Shown here: positions 37,237 to 49,100 of the stretch, in pieces | How the letters are laid out: the number at the start of each line of letters is the position of its first letter | Position numbering within the stretch: position 1 is the first letter of the stretch | Source of the DNA: Zygnema circumcarinatum SAG 698-1b | Lineage: Eukaryota; Plantae; Zygnematophyceae | Direction: 5' to 3' | DNA: 64,000 nt | Assembly (NCBI GenBank): GCA_037447605.1 | Contig: CM074808.1 | Location: 806,001-870,000 of the forward strand | Made by a program: the position numbers and the translations under genes | Notes under the pieces: model-generated | What the model saw: the letters and a program-made list of their open reading frames with translations, nothing else | What the model was told of the DNA's origin: nothing | Database searches by the model: none

Positions 37237-39036
37237 ATGCGGGTGCGTATTCGGGATGCCGCCGGCAACACGCAGCGTGTGGAATTGCCAGAAATTTGCG
37301 ATTTGCGCAGACTGCGGGAGCGAGTCGCAGCTGTGATGCAGCTTCCAGGAGAGAGCGTGCGCTTGTCGCTGAACAGGAGGGAAGAGATAGCAGGGCCTCC
37401 CAGCGCCATGCTGTCATCACTGGGAATCTGTTCGGGGGATTTGCTCTACTTGCTAGGAAGCGACTCTCTAGCGGGCACTGCTATGCCTGCTGCATCTGCA
37501 ACTGCAAGCTCTCTGGAAGTTCAGAAATGCCTGAAGGGTGGCAGCGCCGTGCTGGCACGTGCTGAGCAGCCACGCAAACCATCTGCAGCAGAGTTGGCGC
37601 GAGTTCGCCGAGAGAAGTGTGCAGCTGCAGCTTCCGAGAGATTATTAGATTCAGCTGCAAGTGCATCGGGAGTGTCTGCACAAAATATGACTTCCACAGG
37701 AGAGGTTAGTTGTGCAGATAGTGAAAGTCATGGTGTGATAGGCGTGGTTTTGAATAAGGAACAAGTGAATCTTGGAGATGACAAACTCGAGAATGTCGAT
37801 GTGCCGGAAAAGGTCATCCGGGTTAAGAGAAGCGGCTCAGACATGGTCGATGATGAGGAAACTGCTGTTGAGGGAATGAACGGGAATGGGACGGAAGGGA
37901 TGCCCGACAGCTTGCTCCGGGTTCTGATGACGGAATTAGAGCCCTTGTCTGCCGCGAGTTCTTCAAATATTTTAATAGCTGTGGTACATGCCGCTATGTT
38001 GGAAACGGGCTTCGTTCTGAGAGCTTCAGAACAACTTTCTGCTTCCAAGCAAACATATGGATTGCCCGACGGTTGGACGGCAGCTAAGGGACCTTTGACT
38101 CTGTCGTACGGCTTACCTGTTGCAGAAGCTGTCAGCTGTACCCTGCGTTTCCACACTCTTGGAGACTTCCTTCTTGTGTATGGCACTGTGAATGGCAGTT
38201 CAGCTTTAGTTAACGGCGATGTTAATAGGTTGACGTTGGGCGTTGAAGGATACTGGAATAGTTCGGCAACCCCGAGCAGCGTTCAGAAAATTTGTTTTGG
38301 GCTTTCCAAGAATATGCGCAAGCTGTGGGTGGAGGTTAAGGACAATCTATCACTGCTGCTGTTGACGAGCTTGTGCGAGCTGGCAGGTTTGCAGTCTCCT
38401 GTGAACCTTCTTTCACTTCCGACTGAAGTGAAACTGCATGTGTTGCAGAAGCTGCCACCAGTCGCACTGGCAGCTTTTGCGTGCGTTTGTTCAGAACTTC
38501 GGTTTCGTTCATCTGAGGATGACCTATGGAGAGCTCACTATCTGAACGAATTTGGAAGTCTGCCAAGTGATCTTCCAGCCAATTCCAGCTGGCGGGCTTT
38601 CTTTATATCCAAATGGCAGCATAAGCAGCAGCTAGAAAGAGAGCGCCTAGAAAGAGAGCGCCATGAAGTACGGAGCCGTGCTTTTATCCCTCCTCCTTTT
38701 GCTCCTGGCCCCTTTCCATTTCATCCAACTCCCGGGATTATTGGAGGCGAATATGACCGCTTTCCTGCAATTGGTGACATAGGCGGGGGATTTGGAGGCC
38801 CAATTTTAGGCCCCAGGGGACTTCTTCCTGGAGCAGGTTTTGGACGGCCTGGTGGCAGCTGGAGTCAGGAAGGCGATCTCCTCAGTGAGCCCCCAGGACT
38901 GAGAGGTCCTCCTCTTGGAGCCATGGGAGAGGTTGGTGACCTCCCTGGAATGCTTGCACCAGGACAACCCCGGAGGCTAGAAGGCAGGTTTGGTGGCCTT
39001 CCACAAAGGTTTGGTCGACCAGGAAGGTTCATTTAG
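37237..39036 (+). CDS. FBXO7/SKIP22-like F-box protein (N-terminal UBL, PI31/FP-like domain, F-box, Pro/Gly-rich tail), single exon, 599 aa
   Basis: UBL-like start MRVRIRDAAG...LSLNRREEI...LSSLGICSGDLLYL; IAVVHAAMLETGF (FP domain); F-box LLSLPTEVKLHVLQKLP; PGIIGGEYDR motif as in FBXO7. Confidence 0.88.
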   Translation: MRVRIRDAAGNTQRVELPEICDLRRLRERVAAVMQLPGESVRLSLNRREEIAGPPSAMLSSLGICSGDLLYLLGSDSLAGTAMPAASATASSLEVQKCLKGGSAVLARAEQPRKPSAAELARVRREKCAAAASERLLDSAASASGVSAQNMTSTGEVSCADSESHGVIGVVLNKEQVNLGDDKLENVDVPEKVIRVKRSGSDMVDDEETAVEGMNGNGTEGMPDSLLRVLMTELEPLSAASSSNILIAVVHAAMLETGFVLRASEQLSASKQTYGLPDGWTAAKGPLTLSYGLPVAEAVSCTLRFHTLGDFLLVYGTVNGSSALVNGDVNRLTLGVEGYWNSSATPSSVQKICFGLSKNMRKLWVEVKDNLSLLLLTSLCELAGLQSPVNLLSLPTEVKLHVLQKLPPVALAAFACVCSELRFRSSEDDLWRAHYLNEFGSLPSDLPANSSWRAFFISKWQHKQQLERERLERERHEVRSRAFIPPPFAPGPFPFHPTPGIIGGEYDRFPAIGDIGGGFGGPILGPRGLLPGAGFGRPGGSWSQEGDLLSEPPGLRGPPLGAMGEVGDLPGMLAPGQPRRLEGRFGGLPQRFGRPGRFI

Positions 39037-39604
39037 CTCTTGCAGACTTTCACTGTACAGAAAAACCTCGAGTGTAATTGTTGTTTTGCAGAGCTAGTTG
39101 AGATAGCAGTAGAAGTGTTCCCCTCTGCTGGCCTCTGACTTAGGGTTTTTAGGGCTGCGGTTGCCAGTGACTTCCTCGCACTGTGCGGGTGCCTCTCTGA
39201 GGGAAGCCCAACTATCAGAATCTAGATTTAGGATGTCTGTACAGAGTTTAGCATGTAGGTAGAGAAACAAGTTGAGCAGTGTGAGAATTCAGACGGAGAT
39301 AATGCATCCCGATGTGTGTTTTTGCGTAGCTTTTCCGTCCTTTTCACTGCCAGTTGCAATGTTGTTGTTCGAGTCAACGTTAGTATAACCAAACATTCCC
39401 TCGCGTAGTTTGTTTGGTCGCAGTCAGTCACTTTTTTGCGCGGTCGATCCTCTCCGCCCTCCGCCGCTTTGTTCGCAGTCTCCGCCCCTCCTCCGCACGC
39501 CCTACTCTTCGGCGCCTATTTTGGGTGAGAACAAAATCGTGCTGAAAAGTGCCCTTTTCAGTAAACCTCGCGGGTCAATCTTCGCAACATTGGCCCGTTG
39601 ACTT

Positions 39605-40159
39605 TATAGATCCGTATGTATCAAACGCGTGTATTAATACACTGTATAATACAGTGTATGTACAGCGGCTGCTTCTAGTGCCGTGTTGTTGCGCCTAGAA
39701 GTTGATTTCCGTTTCCAAGCTTTCTCTCTGTCCTTATGTCTGTCGTGACCGCTTCTTTTGGTTCCTTATGTCGACTTTCTCCTTGTACATTTGATGGCCT
39801 TTCCATCGTGAGTTCAATCAAACATCCTTCATTTTTCTGTATAATACATGCGTATTATACACCATTTTAAAAATACAGTGTATTTTATATGTATTTAACG
39901 TATTTTCTTTTGATTTCTCGCTAATTGAACGGAGATTGATTATTGGCCAACCAGCACCTCAACACGTGTTACGGGCCACGCGTGTGACACGTGTGGCCAT
40001 ATAGTTCCGTACACAATCATCGTACAGAAAATCCGTACAACTCTATGTCTGGTTGTACGGATGTTAACAGTTGCGTTTGGGTTTTATACAGTGTAAAATA
40101 CTGTATTAATACTGTATTATACATTGTATTGAACCTAAAGTGTATAATACGGATCTATA
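39605..40159. mobile_element. hAT-type MITE copy 2 (555 bp), opposite orientation to copy 1, with a nested insertion
   Basis: Same TIRs TATAGATCCGTAT; 8-bp TSD GTTGACTT at 39597-39604 and 40160-40167; body is the reverse complement of 26837-27197 apart from the insertion. Confidence 0.92.
39654..39836 (+). mobile_element. Copy H of the unclassified ~180-bp repeat, inserted in the MITE with a 12-bp target duplication (SINE-like)
   Basis: Flanked by CTGTATAATACA at 39642-39653 and 39837-39848. MITE copy 1 has that 12-mer only once at the equivalent position. Confidence 0.75.
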
Positions 40160-40299
40160 GTTGACTTAGCACGATCGACTTGGGTTCGGTTCGGTATAGG
40201 TTCAGGAAAGCCATGTAGTACTTAGGAACCTCGGTTGTAGCACTACTAAAAACTCGATATTCGTAACATTTTTTGCTAAGTCTGACACGCCCTGATGCC

Positions 40300-40590
40300 T
40301 GGACTGGTTAGGCTTGCAATCTCTACCATTGTCCAATCTTCGAGCCTTCAACTTCAGTTCCCTCCCGCTCTCTACTTGTGGCTGCCACTTTTTGAAGGCA
40401 CCAAAGGCATCCAATTTCCTCATACGCATCTTCACCCATATTCTCGTTGAGATGTCAATGATGAAATACTTACTGCGCTCCACCTCCACTCTTAGGGCTA
40501 CCAGAACCATCTCTGTGCTCCAACCCAAGTTTTTGTTCAACACGAAGTGCTTTGGCCCCATGAACAACATGCCGATGGACCTTCCCGAGA
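40300..40590 (-). mobile_element. Degenerate Ty1/copia integrase (rve) fragment
   Basis: RSKYFIIDISTRIWVKMRMRKLDAFGAFKKWQPQVESGRELKLKARRLDNGR resembles the copia consensus (KYFLTFIDDFSRKTWVYFLKxKSEAFxxFKxWxxxVEx...IKxLRTDNGGE). Confidence 0.7.
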
Positions 40591-40847
40591 TCTAGATCTG
40601 ATCAGATCGTGTACGGCCGTTCGTTGCTGGTTCTGTGCCTCACAGTTCAGTAAAATAAAAACGTTAGTTTTATGGAACTGGCGTCGACGCACGCCGATGG
40701 AAACGCTTCCTCACAACAATAACAACTGTCCCACAAAACGACAAATTACGATTTTTTCGCCTCCGCCAACCGCGTCACCCGTCGCCGCAAATCTCGCGAT
40801 TGGGGGGCGTCCATTGGCTGACGCCTCTCCGCTACGGACAAAATATG

Positions 40848-40896
40848 GCCACGTGGCACGCCCTGCACGGCAGATTTGAGTCCCAGTCCACGTGGC
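40848..40896. promoter_or_regulatory. Two G-box/ABRE motifs (CCACGTGGC) upstream of FAD2
   Basis: GCCACGTGGC at 40848-40857 and CCACGTGGC at 40888-40896. Confidence 0.5.
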
Positions 40897-41414
40897 GCGT
40901 CGTCGGCCGGATTTTGGAACTCCGCGAACGCTGATTGGCCGCACCGACATCCAGTCGAGATGAGAGCTGGCGTACCGACCACAGTTGACACGTTTCTATT
41001 TTTCGGACCGTCCGATACAAACCAAATGCTCGAGGCCGTCCATTTTTCGCTTTTTACTTACAGAACTTTTTTGGAAGGTTCGGCTTTCGTAGCGATCCCC
41101 TCACCGTCCACCGGCGACTCGCCACGTGTACTATGTGATGGCTTGGCACTTCCTCATTGGATGTGGCTGGAGAAAAAAGGTCGCAGACATATGTCGTTTG
41201 AGATCCAAAGCGTGAAACTAATTTAAACTGAAACCGAATCTCATGCATGGAACCACCCTCCTTTGGCGTGCAAATTGCGGCTGCTTCTGCAGGTGCTTCT
41301 GCATGCGGCTGAGAGGAGAGTGAGGAGCGAGAAGGGAGGAGGGAGGAGGGAGGAGAGAAGTAGGGAAGGCCGTAGAGCTTGAGGGAGGAGGGGGGTGTCA
41401 GGGTTTCTGTCAGG

Positions 41415-44400
41415 ATGGGTCGAGGAGGGGACAACTCCATGGCTTCCAAGCGCAATGTCGGGACACGGCTTCCATGTGTGAGTGTGACAGTTATACAGAT
41501 CAAGCTCAGATATTGCAGGAAATCAAAGCTTTCTGTTCACGTTTTGTGGATCCGTCCGACTGAGGCATGTATTCACATGTACCAAGAGTTGCGTATTGAG
41601 TGTTGAGTGAAAAGCTTACAGAGCATCTCTTGCTATTGTTCTGCCTTCCAGGAGAAGCCTCCTTTTACAATGGCAGACCTCAAGCGTGCAGTACCTGCGC
41701 ACTGCTTCCAGCGGTCCTTGCTCACTTCCTCCGCGTACTTGGTGTTCGACCTCGCAGTAATGATGGTCCTTTTTACGGCAACCAAGTCTTTCAACCATCC
41801 ATCTCTCCCCACCTTTGCGCCCTTCATTCTTTGGCCTCTCTACTGGATGGTGCAAGGCTGTGTAGCTACAGGCGTATGGGTTATTGCCCACGAATGCGGA
41901 CATCAGGCGTTCTCTGACTACGGATGGATTAATGACTCGGTCGGCATGATACTGCACACAAGCTTGCTTGTACCCTACTTCTCCTGGTAAAAGTTTTTAT
42001 GTCTAGCGGTTGCTGTCGGATGTAAAGTTTAGGGAGGCCCTGGAGACCCTCTTTTCTGTTTGAAAGTTTGGAGGGTGCTGCGTCTTCGTTATTGTGCAGT
42101 TATGTTTCTGTCAATCGCTGTGCAGCTTGATGCTTTATACTTCGGTTCAGCCTGGAGCTGAGACATAGAGAAGCATGTATTATGATGTCGGCTGTGGATA
42201 TCTCGAATCGCTTCATGTTCATTTTATGACTATTGAGTAGAAAGCATGTTGAGCTATAATGACAAGCGTGGGTCGTTTTCAGTGTGGAAGTTTAGGGGGG
42301 GGGGGGAGTTTCTTTCATAGACATTTTGGGATAACTGCGCCCTAGTAGTCGTAGTTGCTTGCTTCGTTTGTTTATTGAGGTGCTTAAAAGTGTTGAGTGT
42401 CTTTGTGCTATCGTGTATAGAACCGACACTCTTTCCTTGCTCCAACGTCTGTGCAGGAAGTACAGCCACAGGAGGCATCACAGCAACACAGGGAGTCTGG
42501 AACGTGATGAGGTAAGCTGTCAATGTTTCATGAAGCGCTCTTTGGATTTCATTTCCGCCTCCTCCCTCATGTACTTGTGCATCCTTCAGGAGGGCCAAGA
42601 TTGCAGGGAGCAGCAGCGGCAGTTGCTGCTCTGGCAGTGCATGCTCTGGGGAAGGAAAGACTTCTTTCAACAAGGCCTTAAAAATGTTTTAACTGAAGGG
42701 GATTTCCTTGTCATTAAGTTTTTGAAGTGGAGTGAGGCTGGTGATCTGTCCGCGTTTGCCGATTTGAATTAGGTGCTTAGTCGTTAATTCCAAGGATGCT
42801 GCCAATGTCAGAGAATACATTTCTTCTTGGTTTCTTTATTTTGTTGTTGTGTTGATGCGGAGCAGGTCTTTGTGCCAAAGCTGAAGGAGCAGGTGCCTCC
42901 TCTGTACGAATATCTGCAGCACCCTCTGGGACGAGTGTTCAAAATCTTCGTGACTCTTACTATTGGATGGTTCGTTCTACCATTCTATTCCTTTGTATTG
43001 CTGCTGTCTTTGTGTAAATCATCGAGCTTGGCAGATTTTTAGTCCTGAGGACTGTATGCTGCACGAGGAGAGGAAGAGAGGTTTCTTGGCAAAATCTACA
43101 ATAGAATGTCAGTGCCGGGAGTAGCCAGGCTGCCTACGTGTATTCACGCAGATTCTTTGTCCTTATGCTGGTGAATGTACAAGGTTAGAAGCTAGTGTTT
43201 GAAGTAATCATGATGTGCTCTTCGACACTCTTCTTTTTGTCACCAGAGATAGGGTAGGGGCTGCATATGTGTGGAGACAGGCCACTCTATTTGGCTATCA
43301 ACAAGAGCGGCCGCAAATATGATGGCTTTACAAGCCATTTTTTTCCTGGGTCTCCGATTTTCAATGATCGGGAGAGGTTCTTTGTAAGTGCGCAATTCCT
43401 CCTTCCTTTCTTGGTGATGATCGTTGTAAGGGGGTCCACTGACTTTTGATGTGGGGTATTCTGGAATTCTTGCTAATGGATTGATTGGTTGATGTAAGAA
43501 CAAGCCTGTGTTCTTGCATAATGCTTGACACTTTCACTCAAAGCAGCCTGGAAAAGGGAGAGAGGGAGAAAGAAGGGGTAGGCAAAACAATAGCACCTTC
43601 AATTGGTACAGAAGTTGACCTGGATCTTCTGTGGGTTAATTTGTGCCTTCTTGGAAATGAATTTTTGAACCAGTCTGAGTGTGATGAACTTCTGCTTCCT
43701 TCTTGAAGCTGAAGCGTGCGTATCACTCAAAAGTTTTCAATGAAGGTCGGTTGCAGGTGGCACTAAGTGACGCTGGTCTCATAGTCATGATGGCCATTCT
43801 CGGCTACATTGGATCATCCATGGGATATTTGTGGCTTATCAATGTGAGTCTTCGTTTACAATCTAGTTCTTGCCGAGAGTCTTAGGTTGCCTTCAATGCA
43901 TTAAACATGGCATGTTTAAGTACTAAAGGAGATAAAGATATTTTTTAATTTTACATGGCATTCAGCCAGTGCAGGGTGCAGTGAGAAGATGTGAAGAAAA
44001 CATGCCGGGATTGCTCATACTGTATGAAATCCCTGTCAGAAAAGAAAAACTGCATAGAACTTGACTTCGATGTTTGGATATGGGCTCACCTGCAGGTGTA
44101 TGGTATGCCATTGATGGTAGTCAACGCCTTCCTCGTCCTTATCACTCTCCTCCAACACACGCATCCTGACCTCCCTCACTATGATGAAACAGAGTGGGAG
44201 TGGCTCAAGGGGGCGTTGTCAACTGTGGACCGTGACTATGGCATTTTGAATCATGGTGAGCATATAGGATTCTGTTGTTTTAGTCTGCCTTTTTTCAGAA
44301 GCTGCTAGGTAGTTGTGGCTAACACCATTGTCGCCCTTCTCTATGTTTGAGAGGGGGGTAAGATGAAGCCGTCTCATTTTGCCTCTGTGTATGTGTCTTC

Positions 44401-45030
44401 ACTACTGCAGTTTTCCATCATATAGCGGACACCCATGTGGCGCACCATGTCTTCTCCAGCATGCCTCACTATCATGCCGAGGAGGCTACTCGAGCCCTGA
44501 AGCCCATTCTTGGGGACTACTACCGCTTCGACTCCACCCCTGTGCCTGCAGCGCTGTGGAGGGAGACACGAGACTGTGTATATGTAAGTGATATCTTTCA
44601 ACCTCTCATCACCGTCAGTAAACATAAGACAAAGTAGAGCTGGATAAGTAATCACCGTGAACGATGATATCTTTCTCTTTTTCATTTCAACGGGCAGTGT
44701 GGTACATAAGCGTAACAGCCAAACTTTGGCTGTAGATGCTGTACAATACTTGATGAACAGTTTTTGCTGTGAACAATCATTCGGTCACCCTCATTCGCTC
44801 GTCATAGTTTTTGAAGTCATTGCGTCGCCCATTCCATCATGTCAGTGTCCAGTGTGGAATGCAGCTCACATGCAACCTCACTCGAGGGATACGAGGTCAG
44901 TTTAAATTCTCTTATGGATATGTGAGAGAGTTTGGTAGTGACAGGTGGTTGCTGTGTGTTTCAGGTCGAGTCAGATACTCCCGGCGAAACGAAGATCTTG
45001 TGGTACAAGGGCAAGACCAAGGCAACCTGA
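41415..45030 (+). CDS. FAD2: ER omega-6 (delta-12) fatty acid desaturase, 9 exons
   Basis: MGRGG...RLPC|[22 protein letters not shown]; His boxes HECGH, HRRHH and HVAHH; [28 protein letters not shown]; TGA at 45028-45030; 8 in-phase GT-AG introns. Confidence 0.95.
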
Positions 45031-46186
45031 TCTGCTTAGGCCTCCCCCTTACACAACACAACTTTCCGATTATTCTTTCAGACTCCACCTTGTAGTTATC
45101 CATATACTATTTTATAGGCCTTCTATTAGCCGATTCTTCGAGGGGATGGAACACATCTGGAGTCTGCATGTTGCGGACCAACAGACTATGAAGGCCTGTA
45201 CTTGTATTCGTGACAGGAAGCCAAGCCTCATGATATGACAGACTGCCTCTAGTACATGCATGCATGCAGGGCATGTAAAATTGGCATGCCTATTATGATA
45301 TATGAATGATGTTTAACTTCTGTATTCAATATCCATGCATGTGTGCATACTTCGTGCTATTCCAGCATCTTTGGGATTCACGACTGTAATGGCTGGAATA
45401 AGATCTGGAAAATTTTGGTGTACAGATAAGGAACAGGCAGCGAGCGGGGTCGTACTGTTCAGCCTTCCTAGTGACAGATATTACAGTTCAAGTTTTCAAA
45501 GATGACTTTCCCCATCACATGGAACCTACACACTCTGTTAACATAGGTACAGTTGATCAAACTTGTGCAACGTCAAGTAAAATATAATGTTAAGCACATC
45601 TGCCATCTGAAAAAAAAGAAACACATCTGTGTTCGTTTCCTCTATCTACTACCTGAATTCTCAAAATTGATAAAACTGATGATAAGCCTCCGAACACTAA
45701 TGCGACGGTGAAACACAGAGAAAATTAAAATTTGCATTTGCTCCAACCGATCGGAAACACACATTCCTGTGCGCCCCATGTCTACCTGAAAGTACGGGAA
45801 GAAGATGGCATCTACAAGTGACAAATCCTTCCCAGCCAGGCCGCACGCCCAACAATTCATCTGCAAACTTACAGCAATGCGAGCAAAGAACTCGCACACT
45901 GTAGTTATCAAGACGGAAAAAGTAGTTCTACTTAAGGTGCTGCGAATTAAACTCTAGAGATTGCTCTCCAAACTTACAACGAAAAAGAGAAGCGCCATGC
46001 TGCAGTGGGGGCACATCATAACTCTCCTCGGTTGTGAAACTAAGCAGCTTGAGTGGCCAATAGAAGCACATTTCTCTGACCGACAGGGTCCAAGTATCCT
46101 CTAAGCGCTACTCAAGGAGACTGCTCAAACGTTTCATAGAGAAGAGCACAGCTGTAACCGCTGTGAGCTGTAACCACCTTTTCCTT

Positions 46187-49100
46187 TTAAAGTTTGGCAG
46201 ACCGCGGTGCACTGGCAACCACAAGATGCCGATGGCGATAGAGCCACTGCCCTACGACTGTGGCCATGTAGGCACCAGGAATATCAGCTTCTCTGGTGAG
46301 ACCTATAAGGGAAACTCCTAATTCTAGGGAAACTGCAGGGGTCTTCTTCACACAGACCAGCCAAGCGGGGGCTGCAGCACCGGGCTGCGAACTCACGCTG
46401 TAGAGTGATGCAGAGGGAAAGTGCAGGGCCAGCTGCAAGCGAGCAGTGTATATCGAATCAGCAAGATTATGTGAGAGGCTGAGGTAGAAGTAACACGATG
46501 TAACAGAAGCTTGAGGCTCTTCTTTGTCAGCCTTTGCACAAGAGTGCAGATTGCAAAGAGGCAGGCGGAAAGCAGCTTTGACTCTTTTCCTGCCAATATA
46601 ATCATAAACTGTGTGCATAGCATGCATGAACCGACTCTGTTAGGAGCTTAAGAACCTTCATGAACCTATGAAGGACCCCTTATGAGCTTAGCTTAAAAAA
46701 GTTTCTCCTTACCAGATTCAGCACTTCGTTTTCCTGGCCTTGTGATACGCATGCCACCACCGCCTTCAGCTGCTGTTCAGATCCGACCTGCAGCGGCCAT
46801 GATTATCCTTCACTACAAGTCAGCCCTGCACCCTCGGACTGCCCCATTTGCTTCTTGTCCATAAGGGACAACTCGCTGCTCTCAAAACAATGGCTGACGC
46901 AGCCTCTAACCTTAGGGGGGGCACCCACTCTTTTCTTTGATTCTGGTATCATCAATGCTAATGACGGCCCTTTTGATCGGTTTAAACTCGGTCGCATACA
47001 CGTCGGAATCTCACATGATACTGAAATGGGCAATGGACATCTAGAAGAGGAGTTCAGAAGTGGGTAGTAGCACAATTGATGTAGCCGTCCCATGGAATAG
47101 CTCAGCTCACCTGCATTGTAAGATGCTCAACTGCCATTCGGACAGCTGTTTCCACTCCCACTCCCTCTACAGAAGCAGCAGCTGAAAACATTCCACCCTT
47201 GGCTTGCATCAAGAGAACTGCCCCAGATGCTGCCACTGATATCTCCTCCGGTCTCCGCAGCGACCATTCAGGAGCAAGTCCATGAAGGGTGCATGTTGGG
47301 AGCTCCTCAAGAAGCATGCGAATGCTTTCCTCAAGATTGTTAGCTGTTCGACCTTCACCTCCTTCTGCTTCTGAATCCTGAAGCTCCATGTCGTCACTTC
47401 CTCTCCAGGCAGAGCTTCCAACAGCCACCAATGCTAGGGTTGAGGGGCCCATTACCAGGCCAGCAGCAGCAAGTTTGGCAGCTTCAGATAAAGCCACCGG
47501 CAAAGAGGATCTGACGGCAAAACCATGGGCTCCTGCCACCTCTCCTGTCGCATCAGGCTCCCTCGCAAAACTTGCAAAATTCATCACCTCTTCCATGCCT
47601 ACAGCCGATGGGAAAGCACCGTCGTCCTCCCTAGGAGCAAACGGTTGCAATCCAGGAACCCTCTCCTGAAGTGGAATTGACTGGAAGTGCTCCTGCCCCC
47701 ACCCTCTCTTCATGTTTGTTGATTCTTGACCCCTCCGTGTCTGCCCCTTTTGGACTACAGAGATGCTCGAGGCTTTCCCGTTTTTGTCACCTACAGATTT
47801 CTTGATGGAAGTCTGTCCTGCAACTACTTTCTGACTTTCTTTTCGGCTATGCTTCATCTTGACAAGGGTTCCACCCACCGCAAGAGAAATCACACCGGCC
47901 ATCAGCAGAAGGCCTCTAAAAGTGGACAAACTCATTCCTGGAGAAAGTAGTGCCCTGACGCCTTGGCTGGTTTGGAAGACCTCCGGAGCCATCGACTCCT
48001 TTCTAGGAGGAATGGTCACTACCTGTCCTACTTTGATCGGCTGATTCTCTGAAAGGCTGTTTACCTCAATCAGGTCCCCTACATCAACCCCAAACTCCTC
48101 TGCAATTTCATACAAATAATCACCCGAACGAATGGTGTACTCCCTGAATCCTCCTTGCTCCAGGGTGGCTGCTGCAGGTACAGCTTCCCTTGAGTTTTTC
48201 CGAGCTGCCAGTTCCCCAAGATTTTCGCATTTTTGTCTGAGTTGCTTTTCCTCGCGAAGAGATGGCCCTTCTCGATTCCTAAGCAGCGGAAGCATCAGTG
48301 CCTGTCCTGCTTTCACCTTGCCCAGGTCCACCTCCGGATTCAAGGCCTGAAGCTCACTTCTCGTTACACCCCAATCCTTCGCAATGGAAGAAATTCGATC
48401 TCCTCTCTTCAGCACATATGTTGTTGCATTGGATGCATCACCCCCAGTCCTTTCATTAACAGACGTTGGCTTCGCCCGAACGATTCCCCCCAACTCCGTT
48501 CCTCCTTTCTTGGCAACATCACAGACATCGACAGCTGGAAATTCTTTGGGAGGCACTGAACAAGTATCGACTGCTGCGCTTACCGAACGCTTTTCCGATA
48601 GTGCCGATGGGGAAGAGGGCATTGAGCATTGCTCTGCACTAGTATTGTTTTCCGCACTGACTGGAGGTGAACTTGTAGGGCATTGCAGCAGCTGACAGCT
48701 GTCAAGAGCTGGCTCTACAAGCCCCCTTGGAACGACTATTTTCTGCTTTGGCTTCACTCTGTCAAGATCGACTCCCGGATTCAGTCTACGCAAAACTTTC
48801 AATTGCACACCCAGCTTATTTGCAATGGCAGCAACCCACTCTTTGCGCTTGATTTCATACAACTCCGTCTCTTCTCTCGTAGCCACAATTTCCTCACTAG
48901 TCTCTGGAGCAGGTTCAGATGATAACTTCTCAATTGCTGCATTGCCTTCTCTATCACTGCTGACAGCAGATCTTCCCTTCATCCACCCCACAAAAGCCTT
49001 CGCTGCCCGGCTTCCAGAAGCAAAAGGGCTCTCTGCAGTTTCGTCAGTCGCTTGCTTGGCGTCTGCATCCGTAGATGCAATGCGGTAAGAATCGTCTTCT

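Noticed and set aside
37237-39036. Intronless F-box gene (and intronless NFXL1) as retrogenes in an intron-rich genome
   Set aside because: To my knowledge plant orthologues of both are also essentially single-exon; no poly(A) or TSD is seen.
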